DNA of 20,116 nucleotides from Candidatus Wolframiiraptor sinensis (GTDB lineage: Archaea; Thermoproteota; Nitrososphaeria_A; Caldarchaeales; Wolframiiraptoraceae), in NCBI GenBank assembly GCA_023261815.1, contig JALNKA010000016.1, forward strand, positions 1 through 20,116. Direction: 5' to 3'. The position numbers and the translations under genes were made by a program. Below, one piece after another: positions 17,067 through 20,116 of the stretch (the stretch's first letter is position 1; every line of letters starts with the position of its first letter). A model generated the notes under the pieces. It saw nothing but the letters and a program-made list of their open reading frames with translations. It had not been told where the DNA came from and searched no databases.

Positions 17067-17193
17067 TAGGGAGGGGGAAGGGCATTTGGATAGCCCTTCA
17101 CCTGCATCAAGGATTGCACTACTCCCTCGCGGAGCATCAATTCTAGAACTACAGGTTTCATCAGGGCTTTTATCCTGCTCCTCCACCCTCCTA
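17067..17193 (-). ncRNA. Structured RNA precursor: long hairpin with a canonical BHB enclosing an 84-nt kink-turn RNA (17086..17169)
   Basis: Outer stem UAGGAGGGUGGAGGAGCA/UGCCCUUCCCCCUCCCUA; BHB GGAU-AAA / AUCC-AAA; stem AGCCCU/AGGGCU; K-turn (GAU bulge, tandem G.A pairs); ACCUGUA/UGCAGGU; apical UGCUCC/GGAGUA. Confidence 0.72.
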
Positions 17194-17240
17194 GCGGCCT
17201 TATCGTAGGGCGGTTACCAATTCTTGAGAGGCCGTCCTCA

Positions 17241-17246
17241 TTATAA
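17241..17246 (-). promoter_or_regulatory. Candidate TATA box for the BHB/K-turn RNA
   Basis: TTATAA preceded on the minus strand by purine-rich GAAGGAAGAC; predicts a start near 17215-17220. Confidence 0.4.
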
Positions 17247-17349
17247 GTCTTCCTTCAAAATCCCTAGTAGACTCCTTAAACCCCCTTCTCATCCCTGACC
17301 CTCGGCCTAAAATTCCCTTCTTGGATCAATATGGCTGCTGTCAGCATGA

Positions 17350-17554
17350 TCAGGCACCTTCCTCGAGGTCTATCTCGAGTATCCCTGCGAGGTTAGGATG
17401 GAGGATGGCGCTATAGTGGTGATAGACGGGAAGAGGACTGAGAAAATAATCGAGGAGAAATGAAGCTGAACGATCTGATACTTTTAAGGCTTAGGGGATG
17501 AAGTATCCATGTGAGATCGAAATAAAGGACGACGCGATAATAATGATAAGTTAG
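17350..17554 (+). other. Cluster of short ORF fragments carrying a duplicated YPCE(V/I)..(E/K)D.AI(V/I).I motif; probably a decayed small gene or genes
   Basis: GTFLEVYLEYPCEVRMEDGAIVVIDGKRTEKIIEEK* ends at 17463, MKLNDLILLRLRG* spans 17460-17501 and MKYPCEIEIKDDAIIMIS* spans 17498-17554. Confidence 0.4.
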
Positions 17555-17624
17555 GGAGAAGAGCGGTGAAGCATCGTCCGGAGAAGGACTTTAATTCTAG
17601 AAGCATGCGGGGTTTTCGGCTGAG

Positions 17625-18605
17625 ATGAGGCTTCATGCGGGGATTTGCGGGAGCTTCCCGAGGCCGCAGGCGCTCCGAAAAGCCTTCGACGATCTTTCAG
17701 AGGGCAAGATAAGCGATGGGGAATTCAAGAACGTTTTGAGGGAATGCATCCTCGAAGTCGCGAGGCTTCAGGAGAAAGCCGGCATGACCATTCTTACCAG
17801 CGGCCTCCTCTCATGGCACGACCTCTTCAGGCCATTCACAATGGAGCTCGATGGCCTGGAGGCCGGCAGGCTGATCAGATTCTTCGACAACAACTTTTAC
17901 TACAGGTGCCCCACGATAATCGGCAGGATACTGTGGAGAAGGCCGGTGACGGTTGACGAGGTTCAGGAGGTTAGGAGGAACACGCGCGAGCTGGTTAAGG
18001 CGATTATACCGGGCCCATACACGTTTCTAAAGCTCTCGGAAAACAGGTTTTACGCCTCTGAGGATCAACTACTCGACGACTTGATCGAGGCTCTAAGAGC
18101 TGAGGTAAACTCGCTGAGAGGTTCGGCAGACCTGATTCAAGTAGATGAGCCTTCGCTAGTGGATCCAGAGCTCGGGAGATCTGAGAGGCTTAAGGGCATT
18201 GAAGTGGTTAATGAGTTTCTCTCGAAGCTCGGCATGCCGGAGAACGAGGTGATCATCGCGACATACTTTAACTTGGATCCTGAAAGGTATGCCATGCTCC
18301 TCGATCTTCGAGCAGGCCTTCATGTCGATTTGAGGTCCACTCCCGCCGAGGCGGATCTAGCTCTCAAGGAGCACGGGTTTGATGGACAGATCCTGAGCCT
18401 GGGAGTCATAGATTCGAGGAGCATCTACCCCGAGGACCCGCGTGAGATAGTTTACCGCGTGAGGGCTTACCTGGACTCGATATCGCCGCATGTTCTGATC
18501 TTCTCTACTAGCTCTTGGCTCGACTACATCCCTTATAATGAGGCTGTTAGGAGACTTGATGCTCTCGGCAGAGTTCTAGCCGAGGCTGAGGTGAGGTTCC
18601 TATGA
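17625..18605 (+). CDS. Cobalamin-independent methionine synthase family, N-terminal-half-like (non-catalytic) subunit of a split MetE
   Basis: Contains GSFPRP, RFFDNNFYYRCP, KAIIPGPYTF, IQVDEPSL, TYF and LGVIDSR; lacks the HxC and CG zinc ligands. Confidence 0.85.
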   Translation: MRLHAGICGSFPRPQALRKAFDDLSEGKISDGEFKNVLRECILEVARLQEKAGMTILTSGLLSWHDLFRPFTMELDGLEAGRLIRFFDNNFYYRCPTIIGRILWRRPVTVDEVQEVRRNTRELVKAIIPGPYTFLKLSENRFYASEDQLLDDLIEALRAEVNSLRGSADLIQVDEPSLVDPELGRSERLKGIEVVNEFLSKLGMPENEVIIATYFNLDPERYAMLLDLRAGLHVDLRSTPAEADLALKEHGFDGQILSLGVIDSRSIYPEDPREIVYRVRAYLDSISPHVLIFSTSSWLDYIPYNEAVRRLDALGRVLAEAEVRFL

Positions 18606-19591
18606 GCTGCAAGCTTCCGGACAAGCTCAGGACAACAGTCGTCGGAAGCTACCCGTATTTTCCGGAAGCTCTTAAGGCATTTCAACTTAGGAGGCGCGGG
18701 GATCGCGGCCCCGAGTATGAGGCCCTGGTCAGGGAGGCGACTAAGAAGGCGATAATGGATTACCTCGATGCTGGTATAGATATCTTGGCGGACGGCGAGC
18801 AGCGGAGGGAGGATATGGCAGTATTCTTCGCCGAGGAGCTGGATGGCTTCGAGATAAGCGAGCCCGTCAGGATTTTCGACAACGTCTACTTCAGGAAGCC
18901 CGTGATCGCGGGTAGGATCAGCTGGAGGCGCGAGATGCTGGTGGAGGATTGGAAATATGCCTCGAGCATCTCCGCAGGGAAGCCGGTCAAGGTGACTATC
19001 ACGGGCCCATATACCATGTATTCCTGGAGTTTTGACAAGTTCTATGGTAACATGAGAAATGCTATCCTCGATTTAGCCGAGTCCTTCAGGAAGGAGATAG
19101 AGGCGCTCGTGAGAGCTGGGGCCACATTCATCCAGATCGATGAGCCGGCGCTCTCGACTCGGGCCGAGAAGATGGATGTGCTGATCGCTGGGGAGGCATT
19201 TGAGATAATGTTCAAGGGGCTGAGCAACGTGAAAAGGATAACTCATATATGCTATGGCAAGCTGGAGAGGCTTTTCCCCGAGATCCTGGACTTTCCCATA
19301 GATCAGTATGACTTCGAGACCAAGAACAGGAATTACGAGCTCCTGAGCCTGTTGAGGGAATACTCATTCGATAAGGAGCTCGCCCTCGGCGTGATAGATG
19401 TTCATAGCTCGAGGATCGAGCCCGTCGAGGAGATCATGGAGGGGATTGCAAGGGGCTTAGAGCTTCTACCGCCCGAGAAGCTCTACATAAAGCCGGATTG
19501 CGGGCTGAAGAGGCTCAAGCGCGAGGTCGCTCTCGAGAAGCTCAGGAACATGGTCGAGGCCGCTAGGAGGGCCAGGGAGACGCTAGCATAA
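18602..19591 (+). CDS. metE: Cobalamin-independent methionine synthase, catalytic zinc-binding subunit
   Basis: Contains [31 protein letters not shown], zinc ligands HICYG, E and PDCGLK, and GVIDVHS; ATGA overlap with the upstream subunit. Confidence 0.92.
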   Translation: MSCKLPDKLRTTVVGSYPYFPEALKAFQLRRRGDRGPEYEALVREATKKAIMDYLDAGIDILADGEQRREDMAVFFAEELDGFEISEPVRIFDNVYFRKPVIAGRISWRREMLVEDWKYASSISAGKPVKVTITGPYTMYSWSFDKFYGNMRNAILDLAESFRKEIEALVRAGATFIQIDEPALSTRAEKMDVLIAGEAFEIMFKGLSNVKRITHICYGKLERLFPEILDFPIDQYDFETKNRNYELLSLLREYSFDKELALGVIDVHSSRIEPVEEIMEGIARGLELLPPEKLYIKPDCGLKRLKREVALEKLRNMVEAARRARETLA

Positions 19592-20116
19592 GATCAGGGA
19601 TCCTATCTCTTCGGCGATTCTCATGACATTTACGTCAAAGGTGTAGTGTATTTTCGTGAAGTTCCTCCTGAACTCTATCACTCGCCTCCTCACCTCTGAT
19701 GGATCTTCTTTCCTCTTCACGACCCTGTAGATAAAGTCAGCCACCTCCGCCATATCATCCTCCCTCATCCCAATTCTCGTCGCTTCTTGGACGCCTATCC
19801 TTATCCCCGAGGGGTTCTCGATGTCGCTCGGCGCATCCCATGGCAGCATATTCTTGTTGACGATTATGTTCGCCTTCTCGAGGGCCTCGGCGCATCTCGC
19901 TCCACCGCCATCCTCCCGGACATCGAGGAGGACCTGATGAGTCTTCGTGAACCCCCATTTCTCGCCTAGGACCTTGAACCCCCTCGCGTGGAGCTCCTCT
20001 GCAAGCCGCCTCGAGTTCCGAAGTATCTGGCTTGCATATTCTTTTCCGAACGCCTTCATCTCCAGCGATGCCACGCCTAGGGCTGCAAGCCTATGCAGGT
20101 GATGATTCGAGACGAA
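19583..20116 (-). CDS. glyA: Serine hydroxymethyltransferase, 3' part (truncated by the window edge)
   Basis: The frame is open from the window end: [20 protein letters not shown]...THQVLLDV...[16 protein letters not shown]...[16 protein letters not shown]. Confidence 0.95.
   Translation of the reverse strand, partial: FVSNHHLHRLAALGVASLEMKAFGKEYASQILRNSRRLAEELHARGFKVLGEKWGFTKTHQVLLDVREDGGGARCAEALEKANIIVNKNMLPWDAPSDIENPSGIRIGVQEATRIGMREDDMAEVADFIYRVVKRKEDPSEVRRRVIEFRRNFTKIHYTFDVNVMRIAEEIGSLILC

Noticed and set aside
17092-17168. Hammerhead ribozyme (CUGAUGA ... GAA)
   Set aside because: It has GAAG instead of GAAA and no three-way junction with a cleavage triplet; the flanks pair with each other as a K-turn stem.
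16998-17186. 62-aa minus-strand ORF as a protein host of the 84-nt BHB insert
   Set aside because: Neither the unspliced nor the spliced 34-aa product resembles a known protein, and the ribosome-binding site abuts the GTG; unsupported, though not excluded.
17150-17192. SAM-I riboswitch-like segment (GGUGGAGG...GCCCUGAUGAAACC) near the metE genes
   Set aside because: It lies on the strand opposite metE and lacks the AUC/GAU P1 and GCAACC P3 elements; the similarity is explained by a shared K-turn.
17065-17193. Conventional H/ACA guide RNA (ACA follows the hairpin)
   Set aside because: The region 14-16 nt upstream of the ACA is paired rather than an open pocket, and the K-turn is inverted relative to linear H/ACA hairpins.
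1-20116. tRNA, rRNA, CRISPR array, transposase or integrase
   Set aside because: No cloverleaf, rRNA signature, regularly spaced repeats or mobile-element enzyme was found by eye.

Overview
This is an archaeal chromosomal window from a probably thermophilic TACK-lineage organism (Aigarchaeota/Thaumarchaeota-like, inferred from the ribosomal protein sequences). It is mostly housekeeping genes: rpl15e, ferredoxin, a YchF/DRG-like GTPase, rps3ae, a Zn/Mn ABC uptake operon with a DtxR/MntR-type regulator, pcc1, a DHH/RecJ-like nuclease, rps15, tiaS, rps17e, an AmmeMemoRadiSam radical SAM enzyme, a split cobalamin-independent methionine synthase pair and the 3' end of glyA. Three genes are disrupted: a CDF transporter, a flavodoxin and a membrane protein. 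The main result is two canonical bulge-helix-bulge (BHB) splicing-endonuclease substrates outside any tRNA or rRNA. (1) A 37-nt BHB intron (14488..14524, minus strand) interrupts a stand-alone Lrp/AsnC ligand-binding-domain gene; removing it at the canonical cut sites restores a full 77-aa protein, so it is an apparent mRNA intron in a gene other than cbf5. (2) An intergenic ~127-nt hairpin (17067..17193, minus strand) has a perfect BHB that would release an 84-nt kink-turn-containing RNA, probably as a circle. All structures were folded by eye and no database searches were run.
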